Of a stretch of 64,000 nucleotides of DNA, positions 25,701 through 37,000 are shown piece after piece. Under the pieces are notes generated by a model, which saw only the letters and a program-made list of their open reading frames with translations, was not told the origin of the DNA and made no database searches. The translations under genes were made by a program, and so were the position numbers. The stretch lies in contig CM060733.1 of NCBI GenBank assembly GCA_030704615.1, forward strand, positions 42,842,001 through 42,906,000, in the 5' to 3' direction. The DNA is from Takakia lepidozioides. Lineage: Eukaryota > Plantae > Bryophyta. The number at the start of each line of letters is the position of its first letter. Within the stretch, counting starts at the first letter, position 1.

Positions 25701-28058
25701 TTCAATTTTCATGGATTGGGGAGCTAAGTAATTGGTTTCTTTTTTGTATTTTTGTGAATGGCGTTGACGCCATTCACATACAGTGATGTTGTGAGGTCCT
25801 CAGTGATAGGTTCGTTATGAATGTGCATTGAGTTTTCCTGGATGGTTCCTTACTCAATTTTTTTATTTCCATCCTGTGATTTTGCTTCATTTCAGTAATA
25901 ATTTGGCTTCATTCTTGAATGTCGTTGACGACATTCACTTCTATGTCTGTGTCATTTCTAATCGCTTATTTGCATTCACCTGGATTAGGATGTATTTACA
26001 GTGTCATGGAATGGAATGTTCTGAATGGCGTTGACGACATTCATATCTGGAGCAGTAGTGTGGTCCTGAAAGGTCCTTGGAGCAGTTGTCAGAGCCATTT
26101 CAATCCATGTTTTATTCTTTCTGTTCTACTTGCATCTTACTCACTGAGCGCTTTTGTGGGTTGGGATTCATCTCCTTTTTTCAGGTACACGAAATATGTG
26201 CTTATGGAAGGAAATCACCTGAGCGGAATTCCCGACTATCTTGACATGTGGTCGGACCCTGCAAACGATCCAACCATGTATACTGCAGGGATATTGAAGG
26301 ACTGGAGTCCTTCTCACTTCAGAGACTGTGGGTGGTACCTTGACTGCCCACCTGAGCACACGACCTTTCAAGAACAGCATATGAAATACTTGAACAATAA
26401 CGCTGAGATGCTGGCGCCTTTGACTGACGAAGAGTATCAACGAAACATAGCAACCTTGGCTGCCAAGGAGCCTGATGCTCAGGGAACGCCGCAGAAGGGA
26501 AAGAAGGCGGGCCGCAAACCAAAAGACAAGGCTGTTGATGTCATAGCCATCTCACCAGCAAAGCCAAAGGACAAAGACAAGTCCAAAGAGAAGGAAAAGG
26601 ACAAGGGGAAGGAGAATGAAAAGGAGATGGAGAGTGGGCAGGACTTTAGTGCTGGAAGATATACCCGCACTCTTCAGTGCGTGTTCGATGCCAAGCCACA
26701 CCCTTCCCGTTCTGATTCAGCAGGAGAGATGAAAATTGTTAATGAGGGTTGGCTTTCGATGATGCAGAGTCGAAAGAGAGGATACACTGGGGTGCCATCC
26801 CCTACCTGGGACAATATAATCTCATTCCTCAATCTGGTGAGAATTCCAGTTTCTTTCCTTTTTCTCTGAATGTTTCGTTGGCAGTATTTCAGTCTCGTTC
26901 TTTGAAAACATTCTTGCCATCGTTCTTATAAAAAACATGTCTGTTGCAGGTGAGCACAGGTCCCACCTTCGTGTGCGGTGTGCAGAAAACTTATGCGGCC
27001 GACATTGTCATTCTCGACATCCCGGATGGCCAGGCTGTGCCAGAAGTTCTTCCAAAGGGCAAGACGCCAGGGTGGAACAAATTCGAGGACAACTACTGGA
27101 GTTGGGTATTCGGGTTCTGTAACAATTTCCTCTCTGATGCAGGGACACTTCTGCTTTTTCAGTCATGTGACAATGATAGTCGTCGGGCATTGGCATCATA
27201 CCTCAAGTCTTCAGGGTTTGAAGTTTTGCGCACATGGAATTGTGTGAACAGCCTCTACCTTGTGAAAGGGGGTTTCCCTGGTCAGCTGGTATGCCGTCTG
27301 CCTTCTGCTTATGCTTTGATCATGAGTTTCAATTTTCTCTGCAGCTCCACTCTAGTAGAATGTTTTATGATCGACACCGATCATCAACGATTCATGGTTT
27401 TTTGGTGTCAGAGTTCTGAATAGCCGATGTACACACTTCCACTTTAGATTGTGTTTACCACACTAACCTGCTATCTTTGGCAGACGAGGATGTTCGAGGC
27501 GATCTGCCTGCGGAGGATTCGCACATCAAAGACACCATCCTCCATCCGCAGCTTTGAGATTTCTGACCAGGGTTGTTTCGTCAACCCCCCCTATGAGCCC
27601 CATGTCGATGACATTTTGTACAACTTCATGCAGTCCAGTCAGACTCTGAAGAGACCAGATGGCACTCCCTGGAGAGGTGCAAAGGAAAAGTCACCAGCAT
27701 TCATGCAAATACTGCTGGAGTCATGCAGCCACCGCTCTGCACGGGTGGTCGATCTTTCTGTGTCCACAGGTTCGTTTTCTCCCTTCCGAATTGGTTTCCT
27801 TTCAACAGTTTCATCTGCTTAAATCCCCTCCTCCAAACTGTTTATGTTCTCCTGTCTGGTGCAGGAGCAACTTACCACGCATGCAAGGCAGGCGGAAGAA
27901 GCCTTTTTGGTATGGAGGGTGATTCTGACCTCTACAACACAGTGCTCCTCCCCCTTTTGTCTGGCTCCACTTCAGGCACACAGACTGATCGGATTCATAT
28001 TCGAAATGATGACGATCCCGAAGATAAGCAGGTCGACAACGACTTTTCATGTGAGTAA
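22754..28058 (+). CDS. ParB/Srx-like domain + beta-class N6A/N4C DNA-methyltransferase-fold fusion, about 1084 aa, 9 exons
   Basis: Hand-spliced exons 22754-23050, 23494-24122, 24217-24409, 24494-24931, 25014-25240, 26185-26836, 26950-27288, 27484-27769 and 27865-28058 are all GT-AG and total 3255 nt, in frame to the stop. ParB-like FYVWDGNHRLLAW (DGNHR 23974-23988). MTase motif IV-like ADIVILDIPDG (27016-27027) precedes GAKEKSPAF..LLE...VVDLSVSTGATYHAC..GRSLFGMEGD, which is the beta-class order. Confidence 0.8.
23133..23451. repeat. Four degenerate palindromes in intron 1 of the ParB-MTase gene
   Basis: gagcgtcgttaacgccattcg (23133), tgaatgtcgttgccgccaatca (23228), gtgattgtcgttaacgccgttcgc (23302) and gtgattgtcgttaccgccattcac (23428). 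Confidence 0.75.
25320..26043. repeat. Array of seven 22-26-bp palindromes (consensus TGAATGKCGTTGACGMCATTCA) in intron 5 of the ParB-MTase gene
   Basis: Copies start at about 25320, 25441, 25551, 25646, 25753, 25916 and 26022, spaced about 95-165 bp apart. Confidence 0.92.
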
Positions 28059-28539
28059 GTGCTAAACCCTCTTTGGGAGTCATACTCAATTTCTCGATAA
28101 CATCAAAGTTACAGTAATAACTTTTTCAGGCTGTCTTTCAGGAAAGCCAGCGGTGGATCTTCAGGAGATACAGTCATTTCTGGCGAGTCTGTTTTCGACA
28201 GCCCCTTTCCAATTTTCTGCTCCCTGTTTATGCCGAAGCAATGGCACTTCACGCGTCCGAGTCCCTATCCCCTGACTTTTTAGTGGCCAGCCGTAGGTGT
28301 ATCCAGCGTGGATCCGGTGTTCTAAAATACTTAGACTTAGATGCAGAGGAAGAGGGGATACATTGTACTGACTCTGAGTCAGACTGAACTGTATTCTTTT
28401 AATATTCATTTTCATATTATCTGGAAAACGTTGAATCCCCTTACTCTACCGTAGTTGTTCCTTTAGAACAAATAATAATCACAGAATCAACTTTCGTTTA
28501 AATTGCTATATGTATGAATCCATCTCACAAACCTTCCTG

Positions 28540-28870
28540 ACTCTTCTCATATCCATTGTGCATTCATCTACACTGTATTCATGCGTGCTCCATTCATGAA
28601 AGCTTCCTTTGTACAACATCCATTGTACATTCATCCTCTGTACTCTTTAATCCACCCCACAAACCTTCCACACTCATTTCATATACTTTGTGCATTCGTC
28701 AAAAGATTTGGTCATGCATCTTCCTGTCATGAATTTTTGTCATTGCTCAACATCCATTATACATTCATCCATTTTACTCTTATCCATCCGTCATTCATCC
28801 ATCTACATAGATTTTTCAAACTCATCCATCTGTTTATCATCCAACTGTACATTCATCCATCATTTATTCA
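28540..28870 (+). repeat. Degenerate CATTCATCCA-rich tract inside the right end of the MULE
   Basis: Repeated cattcatcc and catccatt motifs. Confidence 0.6.
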
Positions 28871-28959
28871 ATGCCTTTTATTATGTCGTCCAGCTTGTTT
28901 CCGCGGTAAAGGGTGCCAATCCGCGGGAATACACTCCACTTCTTTCTGGGTGCGTGGTG

Positions 28960-29093
28960 ACTCGGCCTCCACGTGTGATGACGTGGACTGAGCCCCGTGA
29001 CGTGGCATTTGCGCAAGGTGACGTGGCGTCGCGCAGCGCAGCTCACGCCAGGCTCACGCGCTCACGTGACCAGGCTCACGCCGAGGCATCCCT
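28960..29093 (-). repeat. Right subterminal array of the MULE (GCTCACGC and TGACGTGG repeats)
   Basis: The reverse complement of 29041-29082 (ggcgtgagcctggtcacgtgagcgcgtgagc) matches the left end from 17757 (ggcgtgagcgttgcacgtgagcgcgcgagc). Confidence 0.85.
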
Positions 29094-29333
29094 GAAAAGA
29101 TGGAAAGCTACGAGGAAGGGAAGCTAAAGCAATGTCTATCCCCAGCATGCTCTCATCCCAACACCCTCTTTTTCTTCACTTCTCTCACTTGCATGACCAT
29201 GAGAGCATCTTGTAGACACTCCTCAAACCGCTCTCCATGGGCCCATGAAACTTGGCCTCCAAAGCCCCATGCAAGCCTTCACAGGGTCCGCCAGTGCCTC
29301 CTTATGTCCATCAGCCATTCCTCAGAATAGAAT

Positions 29334-29499
29334 AACCACCGGTTGCTTGCATGGATGGCTGTCATTGGGAGGCTGCACTCATAGGAGGAAGAGTGGCATT
29401 ACTTTGTTCGATCGATGGTGCTGGATCGTGATGGGAACATGATGGGTCTTCTGACGGCAATGAACGATGTGAACAGGTTGGTTTCTCATTCTACATGTT
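29334..29499 (+). pseudogene. Short captured fragment of the second ParB-MTase gene (NHR region)
   Basis: Near-identical to about 32909-33074, with an in-frame TAG replacing CAG. Confidence 0.85.
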
Positions 29500-31060
29500 A
29501 GGAAACCACGCCATTCACTGAAGGTTCAAAAATGGAGCAAATAGAGGTACATATTGCCCCAACAACATTCTATCCAAAGGAATTACCGGCAGGCTGGTCT
29601 CCCCCATAATTAAGAATTGGGCTGAAAACCCGAAAAGATTACCTGCAGGGAAATAATCCCCTTTGTTAAAATACAACGGGGAGGCAATTCCGACTTTTCT
29701 GCCGGATCAGCTAGCTCAAAACCGTTGTTCTTCAGAGCCCAGCCTCCCCATCAAGGTCCCACGAAACGAGTGAAAAAAAGTTTTTATTTTTATTATTTAT
29801 TATTGAGGTTTGATTCCATAGCCAGTAAGTATGACAATGATGGCCGAATCGGCGACGAAATAACATCTCCTGACAGTTTCTCCTGAGGGTGGATCCAGCA
29901 GTATTCTCGGTGCAGACATGAACGTTCGCACTGACAAGTGCCAGGACTGTTAGTTAAAACGGTCAGACAACCAAGTTGTGCTCATCAAGACTGGCCGCAA
30001 TGTTGTTTCGGAATTCACTCTACCTATTCGCAGCCTTCTGTGGCTCTAACCGCCACGACTCCTCACAGCCCACCCTAGGCGCTTGTTGGCCACGGGCTGC
30101 CCCGAGATATCCCGTGGTATCACGCCCACGAGCCTTCACGGCCCGCCATCCCCACGATATGGTCACCGTGCCAACCCGTGGTGTCCACACCACGGCTTCC
30201 CACGGTCACGATCAACAGTTCCCTACGTTCCCAGGAACTCCACACGAGCTCCCATGCATTTCCGATCGCTCCCGGGACGTTCCCACGTGTTCCCGAGCTC
30301 TCCCCGAGCTGGGGTTTGCTCCTGCACCTGCTGCCGCTGCGCTATGGCTTTTGCGGAGCCATCAGCCCCATCGCCCTGCACTCCTGAGCTCTCATGGCCC
30401 ACTAAAAGCACCCTAAACTCAACAAGCAAGCAATATGCTGCCCAACAAGCTCCATTTCTTCATGAAGCTCACAAAAACAAATTTGAAAATACACACATTT
30501 ACAAACTTGGTGCACCTATACTTGTTATGCATATACCTTGGTCTAGGGCGCCTCGTTGCTACCCTTACACTGCTGAGTTTCAGATTGAAACTCCAACTCA
30601 GCACATGTTTCACAAGTGCACTGATTTGCACACAAGAGGGACCAGCCCCCTCTCTTCACTCATACCTCTTCATGAGCTTGGAGCTGAAGCTCCCAACGAG
30701 CTGCGATGCATCCCCTTGCAGCTCCACCACTCGGCTGCTCCTCATCTACCCACAACAACTAGTTTTGGGCAGAAATACCTGAAGTTGATCAGATCATCTC
30801 CAACCTACAACATGCTAGCTTCCCATGCACAACCCACAATTTTGCTGCTCCTCAACTCAGCCTGCAGCTGAAGAAGATGATCACCAGTTTGCCCACTCGT
30901 GGCCAGCATTTCCTCCGCTTCACACTAGAACCATATACTCAGTTGTCATATCGTTGAGCTATGCAACACTGACCGCTTCTCTATCCATTGCAAACCTGCA
31001 ACCTATTCGCCTTTGCACTCTATCCGCTTTGGATAGGCTCATGCACGAATCCCGGCACTC

Positions 31061-34000
31061 GGGGGGTGCTATTCCGTGAGCCTGGAGGCGTGAGCCTGTG
31101 AGCCCAGGAAAGTGTGAGCCCAGCACAGGCTCACGCCACGTCAACATGCAAACAGTGCCTATTTCCGCGGATGTCACCTATTTCCGAGTGGTGTCACCTA
31201 TTTCCGCGGGTTGATGTGGGGAGAATTGAGAATGCCTTAACAGTCTTTGATGAGGTGGACTTCACCGTGATGGATTCACCAACCATTCTTCTAGCAGGAA
31301 TGGTTTGGGGACGTACTAGCAAATGATGCGAGAATGATGTAAACGAACCAAAGTGGTTTGTTTGTTTTTGCAATGTACTCAAGTCTGTGAGGTCCACAAA
31401 ACAACAAATATATTGAAGGAACAATCCGGGCAGTCCATGCAACCCCCATCTCCAACAATAGTTTGGAACCATGAATGTGAATTCCACGCACACATTGCAA
31501 ACAGGACAATAAGGACACACAACCATCCCATTTCAAATTTGTCCCAGAATTAAACCAAAAGAAGACTTCATATCAAGTGTCGCAGTCATCACAATCAGTG
31601 TCCACCTCCTGTGCTATGTCATCTACAAAGATTCTGGCCCCAACACCACGTGTTTTACGAAGGCCATCGCAAGGTGGACTCTGAGTGCCATGAACGGACA
31701 TGCTTGCTGCGAATGCCTCCGCATAGACAGGTAGCACACAAGACCGAGGAGGACTGAAAACAAGTCCAAATAGGTGTGATAGCCCAGGAGGGCAAGTGGA
31801 AGCACGCGGACTCCTACACATGTCCACAAAATCCCATTTTTAACACAATGATGCAATGCACAAGTCCAACGAAGAGGATGTCTCCCATGTGCACTTTGCC
31901 TCAAGAACAGCGATTCTCGATATTGAAACAACAATGCAAGCATGCACAGGTTGAACTTACTCATAGGCAAAGTCGGAGTCCAGCTCCTTGTCAGAAGTCT
32001 CCTCTGTATCAGTATCAGCAGGACGGGGCTTCGGAAGGACTTGAGAAGTGTGTCCACCCAAACCCATCAGGAGGTTCTTGTAAATCTCAGCATCCCCTTC
32101 AATCCCAAAGAGATGTCGCGCACTGGCCTTGCAAGCGTGGTACGAAGCACCTGCAGTGGAATAGAATGAAGTAGCAGTTTGCGGAACCGCACACTGTTTA
32201 AGCAGAACATATCAATATTTAAGGGCGCAACATTCGGCCCTCATGGGCAGATATCTGAGGATGAAATGAATCCTTTACTGCCAGCTCAAACAGTGTGCGT
32301 CCCTGTGACAATCGGCAACATAGGGCAGGTCCGTGAGGATCAATGAACACTTACCTGGCAGCTCAAAGAACACTTACCTGTTTGATCCCACTTTTTCATG
32401 CATCAGTCGACATTTCATGCCTCTCTTATAAGAATTTGAGTGAACAACCTTGCAGGAGAAAATGCAAAATGTGGCGGATGAGGTCCCTTCGGGTCAGGGG
32501 AAGGAGACCATAGTTGATGTTGACGATGAGTTTTATGAAAGCAAAGCCGCTGAGATGTTGGGGGGTCAAAAGGTGAATTCTCAGCTTGTGGTGCAAAGTA
32601 TGCTTGCTCCTGGTGGGAGGTTGAAGATTCCCCTGTGTAGGTTGGTTTCCATGCCCGTCGTTCGTCCACCCCTTGTCAAAGACATTCTCAAGCTGGAGGC
32701 CGAGTTTGTTCATGGGTATTTGGATGGATCCGCAGTCTTTTACGTTTCTACTAGGGATTCTAGAGGTAACGAGCTCCTTGTGGATGAGTCAATCGTCGAC
32801 TCCTGGGACCCCATTTGGAGACAGGTGAACGAATCCTTCGAACTTCTTCTCTCCAGGAAACCTTCCACCCAGGTATTCTCAGGGAAGATGTTTCACGTTT
32901 GGGATGGCAACCACCGGTTGCTTGCATGGATGGCTGTCATTGGGAGGCTGCACTCACAGGAGGAAGAGTGGCATTACTCTGTTCGATCGATGGTGCTTGA
33001 TTGTGACGACAACATGATGGGTCTTCTGACGGCAATGAATGATGTGAACAAGTTGGTTTCTCATTGTACATGTTGCACTTCTGGTTCCGTTCTTCCTTGA
33101 TTCAAGTCCTTGAATTACATTCTGAAATTCAGATATCATTCTGCAGAGGGACGGAGACATCGCATGTCAAAACGAGTCTGGTTCACACACTGTATAGGAT
33201 ACAAAGGATCGGGCAGATGCCCTTGACCAACTTCAAGACCATCCTTTCGGCAGAGATGTATAAGAAATGCGAAAGCTCCAAGACATCGGAAACGTGGTAC
33301 TCGTTGACCCGTGAGGCTTTCATGGAGTACATGTACACGGTGAGATACATCTTCCTTCATCTGGCCTTTCCATATTCCTGCTTCCACATGTTTGTTTCTG
33401 TCTGTCTCCCTTGACCTTGGATTCATGCAACTCTCTTGCATTCCCTTGCAGCAAGACATTGCAGATGCAGGGGAGCGTGGCAAACTGGAATACTACAGCT
33501 CTACCCCTGAGGAGAGAAGGACAGCAAAGGGGGTTGAAAGTCACATCCAGAAGGAGATGAACGCTACAAGAAGGACAATAATGAGTGCTTTTGTGAAGCA
33601 GTTGAGAATTGCCGACCATCATTCGGGCCGCAGTTTCTCCTGGAGATAAAAAAACCATTATAACAAGCCAGGCAAGCCAGAGATGGCCCAGGAGAAGTTG
33701 CACAGGTTGTCTACCGCCGTCGTGTCTTCTGAACAGAAGGTGAAGTGGCTACAGATATGGAACTCCGATCCCACAGTTAGGGATACCCACATGTTCCCAA
33801 GGCCAGAGAAAGAGAAGAAGACCCAGCGTGTCGTTCCTGTCAGTGACAATGTGCTGGACACCTGGCTTCACAAGGCCACTTACTGGAGCCAGGTGTGATG
33901 TCCTCTCGTATCTCACTTTCTTTTCTCTTTTCCTGTCCTTCTCTTCCCATTGCCTCTTACATTCGCTGTGATTGTTTTTGGGTTCATTCTTCCATTTCAA

Positions 34001-37000
34001 TTGTTTTGCAGTTGGAAGAAAGGGCCCGATCGGTTCTGCATACTCAGCTGGCTGACTATGGCATCACTATGACAGCTCCGAAGGTCTCCTTCGAAGCATA
34101 CATGAGGAAATGGAGAGCCACAGTGTGGCACTCTTGTTTCTTTAGAGAGTTCAGCAAGGAGGGTGGCATCAGTCGAACAAATGAGCTTGACCAGCAGGAA
34201 AAAGGAGAGGAAGCCTGGAAACGATGCGTTTACAGGTGCACACCCTTGTAGTCTTTACTTCTGTTGTGGTTGCAATGTGTTGTGTGGCATACTGTTTAAG
34301 GGGGTCTTCCTGGTGTGATGAAAAAGCTGGGACACAATATGTGCATTGGAAAATGAGGCTGTGTCTGTTCCTGCAGGTACATTAAGTTTGTTCTCCTGGA
34401 AGAGGATTGCTTGGACAAACATCCAGATTTTGTGGACCTTTGGCTTGTCCCTGCTGGCAACCAGACCATGTTCACTGCTGGGATCTTGCATGACTGGGGC
34501 CCAGACCATCTTTCTTCTTGTGGTTGGTATTTGGATTGCCCTCCTTCAGAGACCCCAGCTGTAGAGGTGTCTTTGAGGAGAGAGAATGACCGTATTGCAG
34601 CCACTGCCGCAGCAGCGGACCTCGACATTCATGAGCGTAATCTGAGGACTCTTGCAGAGAAGGAGCCTCCCGCTCAGGATACCCCGGGTAGAGGAAGAAA
34701 GGCAAAGGGAAAAGATGTTGCTGGTGTTGTGGGGAAGGGAAGGGGTAGAGGGAAGGTGGCACAAGGGCAGGGAAGTGTTGCAGCTATTGGCCCTGTGGAG
34801 CATGTCCAGCAGACTCCACCGCATGGTAGGGGATCCGGGAGAAAAAACAAGGGGGTGGTTGATCCCAAGGACCCGTACCATGCAGTGGAACATCCCACGA
34901 GGGTCATTCGCCCAACCAGGTTGGAGATTGCCAACGTCGGGTTCCTTGCCATGATGGAGTCGAAGAAATCTGATTACAAGGGCGAGCCATCACCAGTGTG
35001 GGAGAGGATTGTCGAGTTCCTCAGCACGGTGCGTGTTCTCTTTGGGTTCTGTGGCTTCTGCTCTCTTTGTCTGCTGTGGGCATGGATCGTTTATAAACTT
35101 GTCAGAATTCCATTGTATTTTTGTTTGCAGGCTAAAATGACCAAATCGTGGGTGAACGGGAAGGAGAAGCCATATGCAGCCGAACTCATCATCTTGGACA
35201 TCCCTGATGGGTTGGCAGTCCCGGATATCCCTCCATCGGGTGCTTGTCCGGGTTGGAATGCATTTGATGAGCGCTACTGGCGGTGGGTTTTTTCCTTTTG
35301 CAACTTCTTCCTTTCCGATGCAGGTGTTTTGGTGCTCATCCAGTCCATCGATGTTCGGTGTCGCCGTGCCCTTGCCAGCTATTTGAAAGCCTCGGGCATG
35401 AGAGTCGTGAAGACATGGAATTGTGTGAACAGCATGTACCTTACGAAGGGGGTCGTCCGGGAGAGATGGTGAGTTTCCCTTCTTCTTCCTCTTCTTTTTT
35501 GTTCTGGGATTGTGTTGTATAGGTCGCTCGAACTCATATGTAGGGGCCCGATTTTTTTTTGGTTCTTAGTTCCTTGTGGATGTCATGTTCGCAGACTCGT
35601 CTGTTTGAAGCTGTTTGTCTCGTCCGGGTGCATCCACCAACGACTCCGGCCGGCATTACGGAGTTTGTCATCACTCACGGGGGCAAGTTCATAGATGACA
35701 GGACAGATCCTCCCACGGATGACATGCATCACAACTACGTCGACAGCAACGTGTGCTTGCGAAGGGGGAATGGGGTTCCTTGGAGAGGGGCGAGGGAGAG
35801 GAGCCCGGCTTTCATTCAAACGATTGTGGAGTGCTGCACCTACACAGACGCCAGAGTTCTGGATTTGTCGATGGGCACAGGTTCGTCTCTTCAACATTCA
35901 CATTTCATGAGGTTTGATTGAGCTTGCACTTTCAGCACTTTCCACCGTTCCAAATGTGTCTTCAATGTCTGCTTACTTCATTCTATTCCACTGCAGGTGC
36001 TTCGTACCACGCTTGCAAGGCCAGTGCGCGACATCTCTTTGGGATTGAAGGAGATGCTGAGATTTACAAGAACCTATTGATGGGTTTGGGTGGACACACT
36101 TCTCAAGTCCTTCCGAAGCCCCGTCCCGCTGATACTGATACAGAGGAGACTTCTGACAAGGAGCTGGACTCCGACTTTGCCTATGAGTAAGTTCAACCTG
36201 TGCATGCTTGCATTGTTGTTTCAATATCGAGAATCGCTGTTCTTGAGGCAAAGTGCACATGGGAGACATCCTCTTCGTTGGACTTGTGCATTGCATCATT
36301 GTGTTAAAAATGGGATTTTGTGGACATGTGTAGGAGTCCGCGTGCTTCCACTTGCCCTCCTGGGCTATCACACCTATTTGGACTTGTTTTCAGTCCTCCT
36401 CGGTCTTGTGTGCTACCTGTCTATGCGGAGGCATTCGCAGCAAGCATGTCCGTTCATGGCACTCAGAGTCCACCTTGCGATGGCCTTCGTAAAACACGTG
36501 GTGTTGGGGCCAGAATCTTTGTAGATGACATAGCACAGGAGGTGGACACTGATTGTGATGACTGCGACACTTGATATGAAGTCTTCTTTTGGTTTAATTC
36601 TGGGACAAATTTGAAATGGGATGGTTGTGTGTCCTTATTGTCCTGTTTGCATCCTTCCAATTCTCAATTGGATTACTGGCATAGAATCATCAAAGTCCAT
36701 GACTGTTTCTCGCCCACATTCATGGTTCCAAACTATTGTTGGAGATGGGGGTTGCATGGACTGCCCGGATTGTTCCTTCAATATATTTGTTGTTTTGTGG
36801 ACCTCACAGACTTGAGTACATTGCAAAAACAAACAAACCACTTTGGTTCGTTTACATCATTCTCGCATCATTTGCTAGTACGTCCCCAAACCATTCCTGC
36901 TAGAAGAATGGTTGGTGAATCCATCACGGTGAAGTCCACCTCATCAAAGACTGTTCAGGCATTCTCAATTCTCCCCACATCAACCCGCGGAAATAGGTGA

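Larger units (their letters stand above)
17745..29093. mobile_element. Full-length 11.35-kb Mutator-like (MULE) DNA transposon with a 10-bp target-site duplication
   Basis: GAAAAGATGG lies at both 17735-17744 and 29094-29103. Inverted subterminal GGCGTGAGC..CACGTGAGCGCG motifs occur at both ends. It contains a MULE transposase and a second gene. The same left terminus, CAACGACGC, recurs at 57255. Confidence 0.85.

Noticed and set aside
25320-26043. CRISPR array interpretation of the spaced palindromes
   Set aside because: The spacers are long (about 70-140 bp), uneven and related to one another. There are no cas genes, and the array lies in a spliceosomal intron.
25919-26184. N-terminal part of the 316-aa ORF 25919-26869 as coding
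   Set aside because: It is intronic repeat sequence. Homology with copy 2 starts only at the acceptor at 26185.
22754-28058. Bacterial or phage contamination as the source of the ParB-MTase gene
   Set aside because: The gene has eight GT-AG introns, with positions shared by a paralogue, and sits in a TSD-bounded plant-type transposon between plant genes.
29976-30871. ORFs of 146 and 262 aa
   Set aside because: Low-complexity P/S/H-rich translations with no recognisable motif; probably transposon-internal or non-coding.
31573-32174. Duplicate ORFs also seen at 35973-36574
   Set aside because: They are by-products of the inverted repeat. Only the last MTase exon within them is plausibly coding.
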